DNA of 32,000 bases from Pseudidiomarina andamanensis (GTDB taxonomy: Bacteria; Pseudomonadota; Gammaproteobacteria; Enterobacterales; Alteromonadaceae): contig NZ_CP032551.1 in the NCBI RefSeq assembly GCF_009734345.1, positions 600,001 to 632,000 of the forward strand. The letters run 5' to 3'. Positions 17,338-28,271 of this stretch are shown here, piece by piece. How positions within the stretch are numbered: position 1 is the first letter of the stretch; every line of letters starts with the position of its first letter. Made by a program: the position numbers and the translations under genes. The notes below the pieces were generated by a model. That model searched no databases. It saw only the letters and a list, made by a program, of their open reading frames with translations, and had not been told where the DNA came from.

Positions 17338-19504
17338 TTTGACGTACCTTGAACAAGTGATGAATACCCTTGTGACGTGCAAAATCCGGTGAAATAGATC
17401 GCTGTGTTAAATCGTCAGCAACTAAATAGGCCTCGGCTAAAAGCTCTTCGTCTAATTTGAAGCGACGTTTGTTATTCGAAAATAGAATCACGCCATTATC
17501 TTTCAATAACCGAGCCGCTAACTTCAGTAACATCACGTGATCACGCTGTACATCCAATACATCTTCCATCCGCTTCGAATTCGAGAACGTTGGCGGATCT
17601 AAGAAAATCACATCATAACGCTGCTGTGGACGTTGTTCGCGTAACCATTGCATGCAATCAGCTTGAATGAATTGGTATTGTCGACCATATAGCTTGTTAA
17701 GGGTAAAATTACGTTGGCCCCAAGCTAAGTATGTTCTTGATAAATCAACAGAAACTGCTTCTTTTGCGCCGCCAAGTGCGGCGTGAACCGACGCTGAACA
17801 AGTGTACGCAAATAGATTCAAAACAGACTTGTTTTCACTGATTTTACCGAGTTCTCGTCGAGCCCAGCGATGATCGAGGAATAAGCCGGTGTCAAGGTAG
17901 TCACTTAAATTCACCTCAAACTGTGCATTGTATTCATGGACAATACGCACCAACCCGCGAGGCTCTTGTTTTTGATATTGCTGTTTGCCAGATTGTTTCT
18001 GACGAACCTTTAAGGTCATATTTTCTGCTGAAAAAGGCAATTCCTGCGCCAACGTATCAATCAAAAACCATAAACGGTCCTTCGCCACCCCCTCAGGGAT
18101 GTCTTTTGGTGCTGCATATTCTTGAATCACCAAGCAATCATCGTAAACGTCAACAGCGGCATTGTACTCAGGCAAGTCGGCGTCATATAATCGCCAAGCG
18201 TTAACTCCTTCTTTTGCCGCCCATTTTTCAAATTTATGCCAGTTCTTTTTAAGTCGATTAGCGAGATCGCTAGATTGCGTTTGAGTAAATTCTGGTTGTT
18301 CTTGGGTTAAGTCATAAAGCGCTAAAGTGGTCTCGATTGCCCCATTAAATAGCTTATATTTACGGTGACTACGCAACTTCATGCGCTTGAGAAGTGTATC
18401 ATCGCCAGCTAGCACCCCAACCTGCCAACCATGAAAGTGCTCACGCAGTTGCGCACCAAAACGACGGTATAACAGCAATGTTTCAATCTCTTCACCTAAA
18501 CGTTCACCATATGGTGGGTTACAGATAAGTAAAGGTGTTTCGGTACTACTTTCAGATTGCTCTATCGGTGGTGTTGTCAATTGCTCCGCATTCATACGCT
18601 GCCATTCGCATAAATCAGCTATGCCCAGTCTAATTGCGTTTTGTTCCGCTATAGCCAACATTTTTGCGTCATTGTCATAACCAATAAACCGAGCATCAGT
18701 TTGATCTAATGCCGATTCGAAGCGCTGCTGCGCATCTGAACGAATCTGTTGCCAGACTGTCTCGTCATGCTCAGCCCACTGCTGAAATCCCCATTCAGTG
18801 CGTGTCAAACCTGGTGCGCGATCGAGTCGAATCATCGCCGCTTCAAGCAGTAATGTTCCAGAACCGCAAAACGGATCTAACACGACGTTGGTTTTATTTG
18901 TCATACCGCTGCGCAAAACAACAGCTGCCGCAAGCGTTTCTCGTAATGGTGCCGCACCCTGCTGTTGGCGATACCCGCGTTTGTGCAGGCTCTCACCGGC
19001 TAAATCGAGATACCACGTTAATTTTTCTTTTTGAATGTGGGCATTGATGCGAATATCGGGAAACTCTTTCGATACATTTGGTCGCGGTAAGCCCTGCTCA
19101 CGAAATCGGTCGACAATACCGTCTTTTATTAACTGTGCGCCGAATTGCGTGTGACGGATTTCATGGTTACGACCACTAAAATCAATAATAAAGGTTTGAT
19201 CCGCTCTAAATATGTTTTCCCACTCGGTCTGCGCAACCGCGACGGGGATATCTTTCGCCGATTTTATAAAGGTTTCACCAAGTGTTAATAGCACTCGGTT
19301 CGCAAGGCGAGTCCAGAGGCAAACATGGTAAGCATCGGCTAGCTCGCCTTGAAACCAACAGCCGCCGGCGGTTTGCCGTACTTCAGCAACGCCAAGTTGG
19401 GTTAATTCATCAAATAAAAGAGGTTCAAGACCTTTGGCGCAAGTTGCGAATAAACGATATGAAGTTGACTGTGTGGTCATGGATGCGTCTAAGTTATGTA
19501 ACAT
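17330..19504 (-). CDS. rlmL: bifunctional 23S rRNA (G2445-N2 / G2069-N7) methyltransferase RlmKL
   Basis: It has a THUMP-like N-terminus and two SAM-methyltransferase modules (DPFCGSGTLLLEA, CNPPYGERL; LNLFAYTCSASV, FLDPPTFSNSK). Synteny with uup supports the call. An alternative start is the ATG at 19480 (MTTQSTSYRLFATCAKG). Confidence 0.93.
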   Translation of the reverse strand: MLHNLDASMTTQSTSYRLFATCAKGLEPLLFDELTQLGVAEVRQTAGGCWFQGELADAYHVCLWTRLANRVLLTLGETFIKSAKDIPVAVAQTEWENIFRADQTFIIDFSGRNHEIRHTQFGAQLIKDGIVDRFREQGLPRPNVSKEFPDIRINAHIQKEKLTWYLDLAGESLHKRGYRQQQGAAPLRETLAAAVVLRSGMTNKTNVVLDPFCGSGTLLLEAAMIRLDRAPGLTRTEWGFQQWAEHDETVWQQIRSDAQQRFESALDQTDARFIGYDNDAKMLAIAEQNAIRLGIADLCEWQRMNAEQLTTPPIEQSESSTETPLLICNPPYGERLGEEIETLLLYRRFGAQLREHFHGWQVGVLAGDDTLLKRMKLRSHRKYKLFNGAIETTLALYDLTQEQPEFTQTQSSDLANRLKKNWHKFEKWAAKEGVNAWRLYDADLPEYNAAVDVYDDCLVIQEYAAPKDIPEGVAKDRLWFLIDTLAQELPFSAENMTLKVRQKQSGKQQYQKQEPRGLVRIVHEYNAQFEVNLSDYLDTGLFLDHRWARRELGKISENKSVLNLFAYTCSASVHAALGGAKEAVSVDLSRTYLAWGQRNFTLNKLYGRQYQFIQADCMQWLREQRPQQRYDVIFLDPPTFSNSKRMEDVLDVQRDHVMLLKLAARLLKDNGVILFSNNKRRFKLDEELLAEAYLVADDLTQRSISPDFARHKGIHHLFKVRQSD

Positions 19505-19653
19505 GGCGCTATTATAGCGAACTCACTGCCCTGTGTATTGCGTGAATTGTTGCTTTATTGGGCGGTTGAACGCGAATCGTCTATTTAATAAGCGAACGGT
19601 TCAATGAGTGCTTGCGTTTGCCTAGAGCAAGCTATAACATGCGCAGCATCGGA

Positions 19654-19735
<82 letters not shown>

Positions 19736-19751
19736 CTGAATACCTAAGAAC

Positions 19752-19853
19752 CGTTAATCGTTAGTCGTTATTAGTTATTCGTAAAAACCAAAAACAAACC
19801 TAAAATCCCCTTCTGTTTTACTTCGAATAACCAATAACGAATAACGAACAACG
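19752..19853. repeat. long imperfect inverted repeat built from CGTTA/TTATT-type units between the tRNA and the convergent nucleotidase gene
   Basis: The left arm CGTTAATCGTTAGTCGTTATTAGTTATTCGTAAAA pairs with the right arm TTTTACTTCGAATAACCAATAACGAATAACGAACAACG at about 30 of 35 positions. The loop is about 29 nt and A/C-rich. Confidence 0.6.
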
Positions 19854-19856
19854 CTC

Positions 19857-21584
19857 TCAGTTCTTATCGATCTTCCAGTTTTGGCGGAGAGTAGCTGGAT
19901 ATCCCTTGTCTCCCAAAAATCGCAAATACTCAATCAAAATATGCTGTATTTGATCAGGGCTACTATAAATAATCTGGCTACCATCTAAATCCGCAATATC
20001 ACCGCCGCCATTAGCACGATAATTATTCGTCACCACCGCGTATTTCTGCTCATCGTTAATCTCGGGTGAGGTTTCAACACGTTGGCCTATCGGTTGGCTT
20101 GGGTTAATTTGGTAATCGATACCGCTAAATGTGTCGAATTGGTACGATGGAATATCTGTTTTTATCCAGCTCCACCGATCATCGGCGGAACCTAACTGTA
20201 GCGCTGATGCGGCGTCCTCCAGCCAAACTTTCAGCGTCTTACCGGTCACGACGAGAACGTCTAACGTGTTTGGATATCGGTATAAATCACCGATATCACC
20301 AAGCGTCACTGCCCCGCCTTCGATTGATGTAAAGTCGTCAGATGCAGATAGTGCGGCGTGAAATGGTGCCACGGCACTTAATCGCGGTAATTCTGTCCAC
20401 GGCAATGCATTGGCTAGTGCATAGCGTTCTATATACCAAAGTTGTGCATCGTGAATAAGTTGCATCGCTAGCGTAGGTTCTATACGGGCGAATTGTTGGC
20501 TTAACGTTGTTTGGGTATGGCCAATCGGTTGCTGCATAAACGCCACCGTTGCTTGATGTGCGGGTTCAAGTTGATCGACGAGTGCTTCATTACGCGCAGC
20601 AGTGACGCGTTCAACTCTGGCTGCTTTCGATAAAACCACCCAACCTTGACGTTCTTTGGAATAATTGAGGGTAAAATCGAGAATACCCAGGTGTTCAGCA
20701 TGCACACCTGGTTGTACTGCTGGAATGCCAAACACAGTGCCTTGTTTACTATCGACTTGGTCTAGGCCATCGTAGACTTCGGTTCCTGGAAACACCTCAT
20801 GTTGATGACCGAAAATTATGCCATCGATACCAGCTAATTGCGCTAGTTCCCAAACGCCCTGCTCACTATCTTTGCCGTCACTGCTTTGCTTTGGCATACC
20901 TGTATGAGCAACAAGAATAACAATATCAGCACCGGCATCGCGAACGGCTTTAACGGCTCGTTGAGCCGCATCATACATTGGTTCGACACGAACATGGTTA
21001 GTTAGATGATGGGCGTCCCATTGCATGATTTGTGGCGGCAGGACACCGACCAAGCCAATATTAATCACGGTAGTCGATGCCGCAGTATTGGCCACTTCCT
21101 TCCGAATAATCACATATGGTTTATGTGTTAAATGTTGTTTTGCGAATGATGAAGTTGCATGCAAATTAGCACTTAAAATGGGGGCTGAAACGCCCGCATA
21201 AGCTTGAGATAAATATTCGAGACCATAATTGAATTCGTGGTTACCGAGGTTAACGGCATCATATCCAATGCTATTCAGTAAGTTAGCTAATGGTAGCGGG
21301 TTCTGACTTGAGGCCGCGGCGACCATGTAATCAGTAAATGGTGAACCTTGAATTAAATCACCATTCTCAATCAACAGACTAATGTCAGCAGAAGCTCTTT
21401 CTTGCTCAATTAATGTTGCCGTGTGTACAAGACCGTTTATTTCAGGCCGCTGAGAAAAGTAGTTAAAGCCAGTGAAATGGCCATGAACGTCACTGGTAGC
21501 TAGTATTCGAAGTGTGATTGATTCAGCTTTTACAGCGGTACTGGTCATACAGCAAATTCCAGCAATTAAGCAGCGATACCACAT
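19857..21584 (-). CDS. periplasmic bifunctional metallophosphatase / 5'-nucleotidase family enzyme (CpdB-like)
   Basis: It has a signal peptide ending VKA|ES. The calcineurin-like motifs are ATSDVHGH, GDLIQGS, GNHEFNYG, VAHTGM and GHQHEVF. A 5'-nucleotidase C-terminal domain follows. Confidence 0.88.
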   Translation of the reverse strand: MWYRCLIAGICCMTSTAVKAESITLRILATSDVHGHFTGFNYFSQRPEINGLVHTATLIEQERASADISLLIENGDLIQGSPFTDYMVAAASSQNPLPLANLLNSIGYDAVNLGNHEFNYGLEYLSQAYAGVSAPILSANLHATSSFAKQHLTHKPYVIIRKEVANTAASTTVINIGLVGVLPPQIMQWDAHHLTNHVRVEPMYDAAQRAVKAVRDAGADIVILVAHTGMPKQSSDGKDSEQGVWELAQLAGIDGIIFGHQHEVFPGTEVYDGLDQVDSKQGTVFGIPAVQPGVHAEHLGILDFTLNYSKERQGWVVLSKAARVERVTAARNEALVDQLEPAHQATVAFMQQPIGHTQTTLSQQFARIEPTLAMQLIHDAQLWYIERYALANALPWTELPRLSAVAPFHAALSASDDFTSIEGGAVTLGDIGDLYRYPNTLDVLVVTGKTLKVWLEDAASALQLGSADDRWSWIKTDIPSYQFDTFSGIDYQINPSQPIGQRVETSPEINDEQKYAVVTNNYRANGGGDIADLDGSQIIYSSPDQIQHILIEYLRFLGDKGYPATLRQNWKIDKN

Positions 21585-21590
21585 GGCTAA

Positions 21591-22139
21591 TTAGGCTTGT
21601 CGCCGTGTTTCGGAGGTCGATTTAGATTGACTAAATGCAGGTTGAAGACGATTTGGCATCACTTTAATAACGTCAAATTGTCGTAACGATTTAATATCCG
21701 ATAACGGAAACAACTCAGCCAATACCATGCATTCAACAAACTCACCTTCAATTGAGCAGACGATACATAAAACATCGGCTAGGCCTGAGTTTAAGCGTAC
21801 TAACAAACCAATTTCAGGTTCATGATCAAGTGGAGTTTCAGCCGTTTGAAAATACCAGCTTTGGGGCATTTGCGGGCGCCCAAAGCGTTGGTAAATGGTG
21901 TGATTAAGAGCCGCCTCTAACATCACATTAGGCGATAAACGCTGTGAGGCCTCAAGTGCATCATAGAAACTTTGAAAGGTCGCTGCATCTTCCATCGAAA
22001 ATGCAGCATTCATAGCGTGCAGCGGCACCAATCGCGACGCTTTATAAGGGGCGATATGAATCAGCCCTTGTTCAAGCTCTATCTGCAATTGTTGCTGGTC
22101 AGGATCGTAGACCCATCGCCATTGCGAAGTTGCGTGCAC
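21591..22139 (-). CDS. zapC: cell division protein ZapC
   Basis: It reads WRWVYDPDQQQLQIEL..., PQMPQSWYFQ and IKVMPNRLQP, collinear with E. coli ZapC. It is adjacent to pyrD, as in E. coli. Confidence 0.85.
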   Translation of the reverse strand: MHATSQWRWVYDPDQQQLQIELEQGLIHIAPYKASRLVPLHAMNAAFSMEDAATFQSFYDALEASQRLSPNVMLEAALNHTIYQRFGRPQMPQSWYFQTAETPLDHEPEIGLLVRLNSGLADVLCIVCSIEGEFVECMVLAELFPLSDIKSLRQFDVIKVMPNRLQPAFSQSKSTSETRRQA

Positions 22140-22199
22140 CCTATTTCCTTTTTTATTACGTTCTCAGATAACAAATAAAATATCGAAATATGGTGTTAT

Positions 22200-23207
22200 T
22201 TACAAGGCATTCACAACATCGCGAATCAAGCGCGGACCATGGTAAATAAAACCGGTATAAATTTGTACTAAGCTTGCACCCGCTTGCAGCTTTTCCTGCG
22301 CGGCTTGAGCACTATCAATACCACCCACTGCAATAATTGGTAGTTTACCGTGAGCGTGCTCCGCAATGACCCTGACGACATGTGTGCTTGCGTCAAAAAG
22401 AACGCGACCGCTCAACCCACCTGCCTCATCAGCGTGCGGTAATCCAACAACGGCATCACGGCTTAATGTTGTATTCGTCGCAATCACGGCATCAATTTCG
22501 TGTTGAACAAGCGCATCAGTGATAGCGCGAATACCGTCATCGGTTAGATCCGGTGCAATTTTCACCGCAATAGGAACATATTTCTCGTGTTGCTGTGCAA
22601 GCTGGCTTTGCTCGTTCTTTAAAGCTGCAAGCAAATCATGTAAAGCGCTACCGTGCTGAAATTCTCGCAATCCCGGCGTATTCGGCGACGAAATGTTGAC
22701 TGTGATATAGCTTGCCAGCGCATAAACCTTGCGCATGCAGTGTAGGTAGTCCTGTACCGCTTCAGCTTCTGGCGTATCTTTATTCTTACCGATGTTAATA
22801 CCTAGCACACCGTTGTATCGCGCTAATTGCACTTGTTCCACCAAGTGATCAACGCCGAGATTATTAAAGCCCATGCGATTGATGATCGCTTCTTTTTCAA
22901 TAATTCGAAATAAGCGCGGCTTTGGATTCCCAGGCTGAGGTCTCGGCGTCACGGTACCAACTTCAATAAAACCAAATCCCATTTGCGCAAATGCATCAAT
23001 GCATTCGGCATTTTTATCTAAGCCAGCTGCTAAACCGACTGGATTTGGAAAGTTAATTCCCATCACGGTGACCGGCTTGGGATTGACGCGCTGACGCCAC
23101 GCCAAAGAAAATGGCGTGTGTGCAAAGCGTTTCAGCATGCCTAAGGTGAGATCATGTGACTGTTCAGCATCTTTGCTGAACAGCCACTTACGCATCAATT
23201 CGTACAT
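22200..23207 (-). CDS. pyrD: quinone-dependent dihydroorotate dehydrogenase (class 2)
   Basis: It reads [22 protein letters not shown]..., [34 protein letters not shown] and IIAVGGIDS. Confidence 0.95.
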   Translation of the reverse strand: MYELMRKWLFSKDAEQSHDLTLGMLKRFAHTPFSLAWRQRVNPKPVTVMGINFPNPVGLAAGLDKNAECIDAFAQMGFGFIEVGTVTPRPQPGNPKPRLFRIIEKEAIINRMGFNNLGVDHLVEQVQLARYNGVLGINIGKNKDTPEAEAVQDYLHCMRKVYALASYITVNISSPNTPGLREFQHGSALHDLLAALKNEQSQLAQQHEKYVPIAVKIAPDLTDDGIRAITDALVQHEIDAVIATNTTLSRDAVVGLPHADEAGGLSGRVLFDASTHVVRVIAEHAHGKLPIIAVGGIDSAQAAQEKLQAGASLVQIYTGFIYHGPRLIRDVVNAL

Positions 23208-23208
23208 A

Positions 23209-26200
23209 TTATGCGCTAACCGAGGTGCAATTGTGGTTCAACAACATCAATTCACGCAATGCAACAGAGAACTTGGCAAACTCGTGTGTCTTCGTTGTGC
23301 GGAAATCGGAAAGCATCACTAACCAACGGTCCACAAACACTTTGTTGTCCGACAACCAAGATTCAACAATCTCATCGGCATCTTTCTTGGCGTCTGCGGC
23401 TTTCAACATACTCATCGTTAATGAGCGTTGTTGCCAATCCAACTCTTCACGGAATGCTGCGCGAGCCAGTGCTTGCCAATGGTTATCAACTGGTTGGCTG
23501 TTAATTTGATCTAAGAACCAGTGCAGTGATACACGTGAACCGAGTTTGAAATATGCTTGAGCTACGGTACTGACTTTTCGTCCGGTTTCATTCGTGATAT
23601 CAGCAATATCCAACGCTGAGAACAAGGTGCTCAAGGTACCGATATTATGCGCTAATTTCGCTGGAACCCCTTGCGCTTGCAGCTTATCGATTTGTTTCTC
23701 GATTTGTGCGCGTTCATCGTCAACCAAGTAATTCAGCACATTCTTACGCAAGTCATCAAAACTTGCTTTGTAGAAGTCCAAATGTTCTTGAATTGTCGCA
23801 AGGTTCGGGTTGCGATGACGCAAGAACCAGCGGGTAGCACGACGAACAACGCGACGTAATTGGAACAACATATTGTTTTGAACATCGGCTGGAATCTTGT
23901 TGTTACCCGCCTCGATTTGTTCCATTAATCCGCGCAAATCGAAACACTCACGTGCCACAACATAGGCAGAAGCCACTTCAGCTTCAGTAGAACCGGTTGC
24001 ATCCACTTTGCGATAGACAAAGTTAGGACCCATGTCATTCACAATATTGTTGGCTAAGCGTGTTGCGATAATTTGCGCGCGCAACGGGTGGTTTTCCATG
24101 GCTTCAGCGTACTTTTCTTGCAATGGTTTCGGGAACGCATTGATAAGCGAGCGAGCATGGAAAGGATCCGACATGATCGCATCGTCGAGCAACTGTTCCT
24201 TCAGAACCATTTTGCCATAGGCAGTAATCACAGCAAGTTCCGGACGCGTGAAGCCTTTACCCTGCGCTTGACGCTCTGCGAGTTCATCGTCATCTGGCAA
24301 GAATTCTAGAGCACGGTTCAATTGCCCTTCACGTTCGAGGTGATGAATAAAGCGTTGTAGCTCTTTAATCTGATCGGAACCGCGAATGGCGGTAACAGAA
24401 ATTGATTGTGACTGACGGAAACAATCTTTAATCACGATCTGTGACACTTCATCAGTCATGTCATATAACAACTGATCACGTTGTTTACGCGTTAAATCAC
24501 CGTTCGCAACTAAACCGTTCAGCAAAATTTTGATATTTACTTCGTTATCTGAGCAGTCAACACCGCCCACGTTGTCAATCGCATCGGTGTTGATACGACC
24601 GCCATTGCGAGCGTACTCAATACGACCTAACTGGGTGAAACCTAAGTTACCGCCCTCACCCACAATTTTGGCGCGCAATTCTTTACCATTCACGCGCAAG
24701 GCATCGTTGGCACGGTCGCCCACGTCGCTGTCACTTTCTTTGACTGATTTAACGTAGGTTCCGATACCACCGTTCCATAACAAATCGACGTTCAGCGTGA
24801 GTAACGCTTTGATTAGCTCATTCGGGGTAAATGATTTTTTCTGAGTATTAAACAGTTTCTTCATCTCCGGAGAAAGCTCAATTGCTTTCGCGCTACGAGA
24901 GAAAATACCGCCACCTTCAGAAATTAACGATTTATCGAAATCTTCCCATGAAGAGCGCGGTAGATTGAACATCCGCTCACGCTCAGCGTAGGTTTTCTCT
25001 GCATTCGGATTTGGGTCGACAAAAATGTGCATGTGATTAAATGCACCAATAAGACGCGTATGCTTTGATAACAGCATGCCGTTACCAAATACGTCACCGG
25101 CCATGTCACCAACGCCCACCGCTGTAAAATCAGTGGTTTGACAATCAATACCAATTTCACGGAAATGACGTTTAACCGATTCCCACGCACCACGTGCCGT
25201 GATACCCATCTTCTTATGGTCGTAACCAACCGAGCCACCAGAAGCAAATGCATCGCCTAACCAAAAGTTGTATTCAGCTGAAATACCGTTAGCGATATCT
25301 GAGAACGTTGCGGTACCTTTATCGGCAGCAACAACCAAGTAAGTATCGTCTTCGTCATGACGCACAACATCTTTCGGCGGTACAACCTCGCCGTTGACTA
25401 TGTTGTCGGTAATATCAAGCAATGCGCGAATAAATGTGCGATAACATGCTTTGCCTTCTTCAAAGAAAGCGTCACGTTCTTCCGGCAAATGTTTACAGAA
25501 AAAACCACCTTTCGCGCCAACTGGCACAATCACCGTGTTCTTCACTTGCTGCGCTTTTACCAAGCCCAACACTTCGGTACGGAAGTCTTCGCGGCGATCA
25601 GACCAACGCAATCCACCACGGGCAACTTTACCACCGCGTAAGTGGACACCTTCAACACGCGGTGAATAGACGAAAATCTCGTATTTCGGCAGCGGTAACG
25701 GCATTTCCGGAATCATTTCAGGCATAAATTTAACGGAAATGTAAGGTTTTTCTTGCCCTTCAGCGTCAGCTTGGAAGAAGTTGGTACGCAGAGCAGCCAA
25801 AATCAACTCAACGTAACGGCGAATGATACGGTCATCATCCAAATTCGCGACGTTCTCTAACTCAGAGCTAATACGCGCTTCTAACGCCTCAATTTTCTTG
25901 CTGCGGCTCTTCTCTTTCGGATCAAACTTCGAGTAGAACAATTTAACAATCAGCTTCGCAATCAACGGATACTTGCTGAAAGTGCTTTCAATATACGATT
26001 GACTGAAGGTTGTGCCAATTTGACGCATGTACTTTGCAAACATACGTAAAATCACAACTTGGCGCCCGGTCAAACCTGCACTCAAGACTAAACGGTTAAA
26101 TCCATCATCTTCGTAGTGACCATCCCAAACTTGCGCAAAGGCATTCTGGAAAACGTCTCGGCTTGCTTCTAGGTCTAATTTCGCGTTGCTGTGAAGCATT

Positions 26201-28053
26201 TGGAAATCGAGAATCCAGAATACACCGCCATCCGAGGTTTTAATTTGATATGGGCTTTCACCGATAATGCGTAAACCAAAGTTTTCTAACATTGGTAGCA
26301 CATCAGACAAGTGAATTGGCTCGTCTTTATGGAATAACTTTAAACGAATCTTTTTGCTGGTTTCGTTCTCTTCACGTGAACGGTAAAACAGCATGCCCAA
26401 CTTATGATCGTCATCCAGCGCTTCTACTTGTGCAATATCGGCAATGGCAACTGACGGCAACACTTCTTCTTTGTACGCACGAGGGAAAGCATTCGCATAT
26501 TTCTTGTTTAATGCATTCGCTTTTGCTTCACCAAATGTGCTACTTAATATGCGCTCGAAGTTATCTTCCCAAGTACGTGCCGCTTCAATAAGATTCTGTT
26601 CAAGTTCTTTCACGTCAATGTCCTGTACGTGTGCGCCAAGGCGAACGGTGTAGTGCGTTCTAGCCAGCGATGATTCTGAAAAATAAGTAGTAAAATCAAC
26701 TTCGTTCTCGCTCGCTAAAGTACGAGCAAGAATTTGCTGCGTTTTTTGACGTAATAACGTGTTGTAACGCTCTTTCGGCACGTAGACCATGCATGAGGCA
26801 AATCGGCCGAAGATATCACGGCGAACGAACACGCGAGTCATATCGCGCTCTTGCATTTGCAATACGCCGAGTCCTACTTCAAGCAAATCGTCTTCTGGTG
26901 CTTGAACAATTTCGTCGCGCGGATACGTTTCTAAAATATTTAACAATGCTTTTGCTGCGTGCGAATTTGGTGCAAAGCCTGAAGCTTCCATCACGCGGCG
27001 GATTTTGTCACCTACCATCGGCACGTCGCGGGCACTATTGTTGTAAAAGCTACTTGAGTACAAACCAATAAAACGATCTTCACCAATCACTTTACCGTTC
27101 TTATCAAAGCGTTTTACACCAATGTAGTCACAGTATGCTGGACGATGAACACGTGACTTGGTATTGGTTTTCGTAAGCAACAAGATGTTTTCGTCAAACG
27201 TCATATCACGCGCAACTTCTGGTAGCGATGATACTAAACGGTCTTTGTTAGTAGCGCTTTTGCGCATTAAACCAAGACTTGATTCAACGTTTTGACGAAT
27301 AACGTAATCACCTTCAACCGGTTTCAAATCGTAACGACGATAACCCATTAATGTGAAGTTATCTTGCGCTAGCCAAGCGAGAAAGCGTTGCGCTTCTTTG
27401 AGTTGTTGCTGATCGCCTGGATATTTAATATCACTTAGGCTCTCAGCGATTTCGCTAAGGCGCTCGCGCATTGGTAACCAATCAGAAACCGACAAATTAA
27501 TTTCATCCATCACTGACGCCAATTCTTTCTTCAACGTGGTAATGGCTTCTTTACTGGTTTGACGGTCAACCTCAATCAAAAATACTGTGTCTACTTCGTT
27601 GTCATCATTACGGGTGCCAGCTTTCAACAACTCAACAATGTTGTTATCGGCATCGCGTTTGTGACTAATTGGTAAATGCAATAATAGGTGTGAGGTAATT
27701 CCTAGACGCGACAGCGCCATACGAATCGAATCCACCATAAATGGACTGTCAGATTGAATAATCTCGATAATGGTGTGGGCAGACTCCCAGCCATGCCGCG
27801 CCACTTCAGGATTGTAAATTTTGATGAGGGCTTTTTCGCCAGGAATATAGTCATTGAAGCTATGCCATAGCCCCATCACCGCACCATACATGTCGCTGTC
27901 GTTGCGCAGCGAGAGATCATCCGGTGAGATATTGCGGAATAACCTCATCGCAAAATCGGAGATCAAATCGGCTCGACTGGTGGCTCGCTGCTGAATGAGA
28001 TCAGCCACCTTCTGCAGTACAACGGGGATCTGGCCTTCGCCAAACGCATTCAT
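23209..28053 (-). CDS. gdhB: NAD-specific glutamate dehydrogenase, large (about 180 kDa) class
   Basis: The ORF is 1614 aa. The catalytic core reads [39 protein letters not shown] and GPDMGT-like [10 protein letters not shown]. The long N- and C-terminal helical regions are typical of this family. Confidence 0.92.
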   Translation of the reverse strand: MNAFGEGQIPVVLQKVADLIQQRATSRADLISDFAMRLFRNISPDDLSLRNDSDMYGAVMGLWHSFNDYIPGEKALIKIYNPEVARHGWESAHTIIEIIQSDSPFMVDSIRMALSRLGITSHLLLHLPISHKRDADNNIVELLKAGTRNDDNEVDTVFLIEVDRQTSKEAITTLKKELASVMDEINLSVSDWLPMRERLSEIAESLSDIKYPGDQQQLKEAQRFLAWLAQDNFTLMGYRRYDLKPVEGDYVIRQNVESSLGLMRKSATNKDRLVSSLPEVARDMTFDENILLLTKTNTKSRVHRPAYCDYIGVKRFDKNGKVIGEDRFIGLYSSSFYNNSARDVPMVGDKIRRVMEASGFAPNSHAAKALLNILETYPRDEIVQAPEDDLLEVGLGVLQMQERDMTRVFVRRDIFGRFASCMVYVPKERYNTLLRQKTQQILARTLASENEVDFTTYFSESSLARTHYTVRLGAHVQDIDVKELEQNLIEAARTWEDNFERILSSTFGEAKANALNKKYANAFPRAYKEEVLPSVAIADIAQVEALDDDHKLGMLFYRSREENETSKKIRLKLFHKDEPIHLSDVLPMLENFGLRIIGESPYQIKTSDGGVFWILDFQMLHSNAKLDLEASRDVFQNAFAQVWDGHYEDDGFNRLVLSAGLTGRQVVILRMFAKYMRQIGTTFSQSYIESTFSKYPLIAKLIVKLFYSKFDPKEKSRSKKIEALEARISSELENVANLDDDRIIRRYVELILAALRTNFFQADAEGQEKPYISVKFMPEMIPEMPLPLPKYEIFVYSPRVEGVHLRGGKVARGGLRWSDRREDFRTEVLGLVKAQQVKNTVIVPVGAKGGFFCKHLPEERDAFFEEGKACYRTFIRALLDITDNIVNGEVVPPKDVVRHDEDDTYLVVAADKGTATFSDIANGISAEYNFWLGDAFASGGSVGYDHKKMGITARGAWESVKRHFREIGIDCQTTDFTAVGVGDMAGDVFGNGMLLSKHTRLIGAFNHMHIFVDPNPNAEKTYAERERMFNLPRSSWEDFDKSLISEGGGIFSRSAKAIELSPEMKKLFNTQKKSFTPNELIKALLTLNVDLLWNGGIGTYVKSVKESDSDVGDRANDALRVNGKELRAKIVGEGGNLGFTQLGRIEYARNGGRINTDAIDNVGGVDCSDNEVNIKILLNGLVANGDLTRKQRDQLLYDMTDEVSQIVIKDCFRQSQSISVTAIRGSDQIKELQRFIHHLEREGQLNRALEFLPDDDELAERQAQGKGFTRPELAVITAYGKMVLKEQLLDDAIMSDPFHARSLINAFPKPLQEKYAEAMENHPLRAQIIATRLANNIVNDMGPNFVYRKVDATGSTEAEVASAYVVARECFDLRGLMEQIEAGNNKIPADVQNNMLFQLRRVVRRATRWFLRHRNPNLATIQEHLDFYKASFDDLRKNVLNYLVDDERAQIEKQIDKLQAQGVPAKLAHNIGTLSTLFSALDIADITNETGRKVSTVAQAYFKLGSRVSLHWFLDQINSQPVDNHWQALARAAFREELDWQQRSLTMSMLKAADAKKDADEIVESWLSDNKVFVDRWLVMLSDFRTTKTHEFAKFSVALRELMLLNHNCTSVSA

Positions 28054-28180
28054 GATGGTGTCCTTTTTACGTGATAGATATAACGAAGCGGCAACAGTTA
28101 CTTGGCATAACTATCACCCAACGAAATAATTGCTATCATTGTCGGACATTTAGGTTGGTTATTCAATGCTTATTGTCATG

Positions 28181-28220
28181 AAAAAATCAGTGTTCAGACC
28201 ACGAAATTCGGGGTCTGAAC
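28181..28220 (-). terminator. putative terminator after pepN
   Basis: GTTCAGACC-N11-GGTCTGAAC forms a 9-bp stem. On the minus strand it is followed by ACTGATTTTTT. Confidence 0.45.
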
Positions 28221-28271
28221 ATGATTATGACGATGCTTTGCATGATTATTACAAAAGCACGCAAAATTGGC

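Noticed and set aside
23225-27071. Many 60-109-aa ORFs on both strands inside the NAD-GDH gene, for example 24924-25253 and 25357-25727.
   Set aside because: All are nested in a continuous 1614-aa ORF with conserved GDH motifs. This is a statistical by-product of a very long gene.
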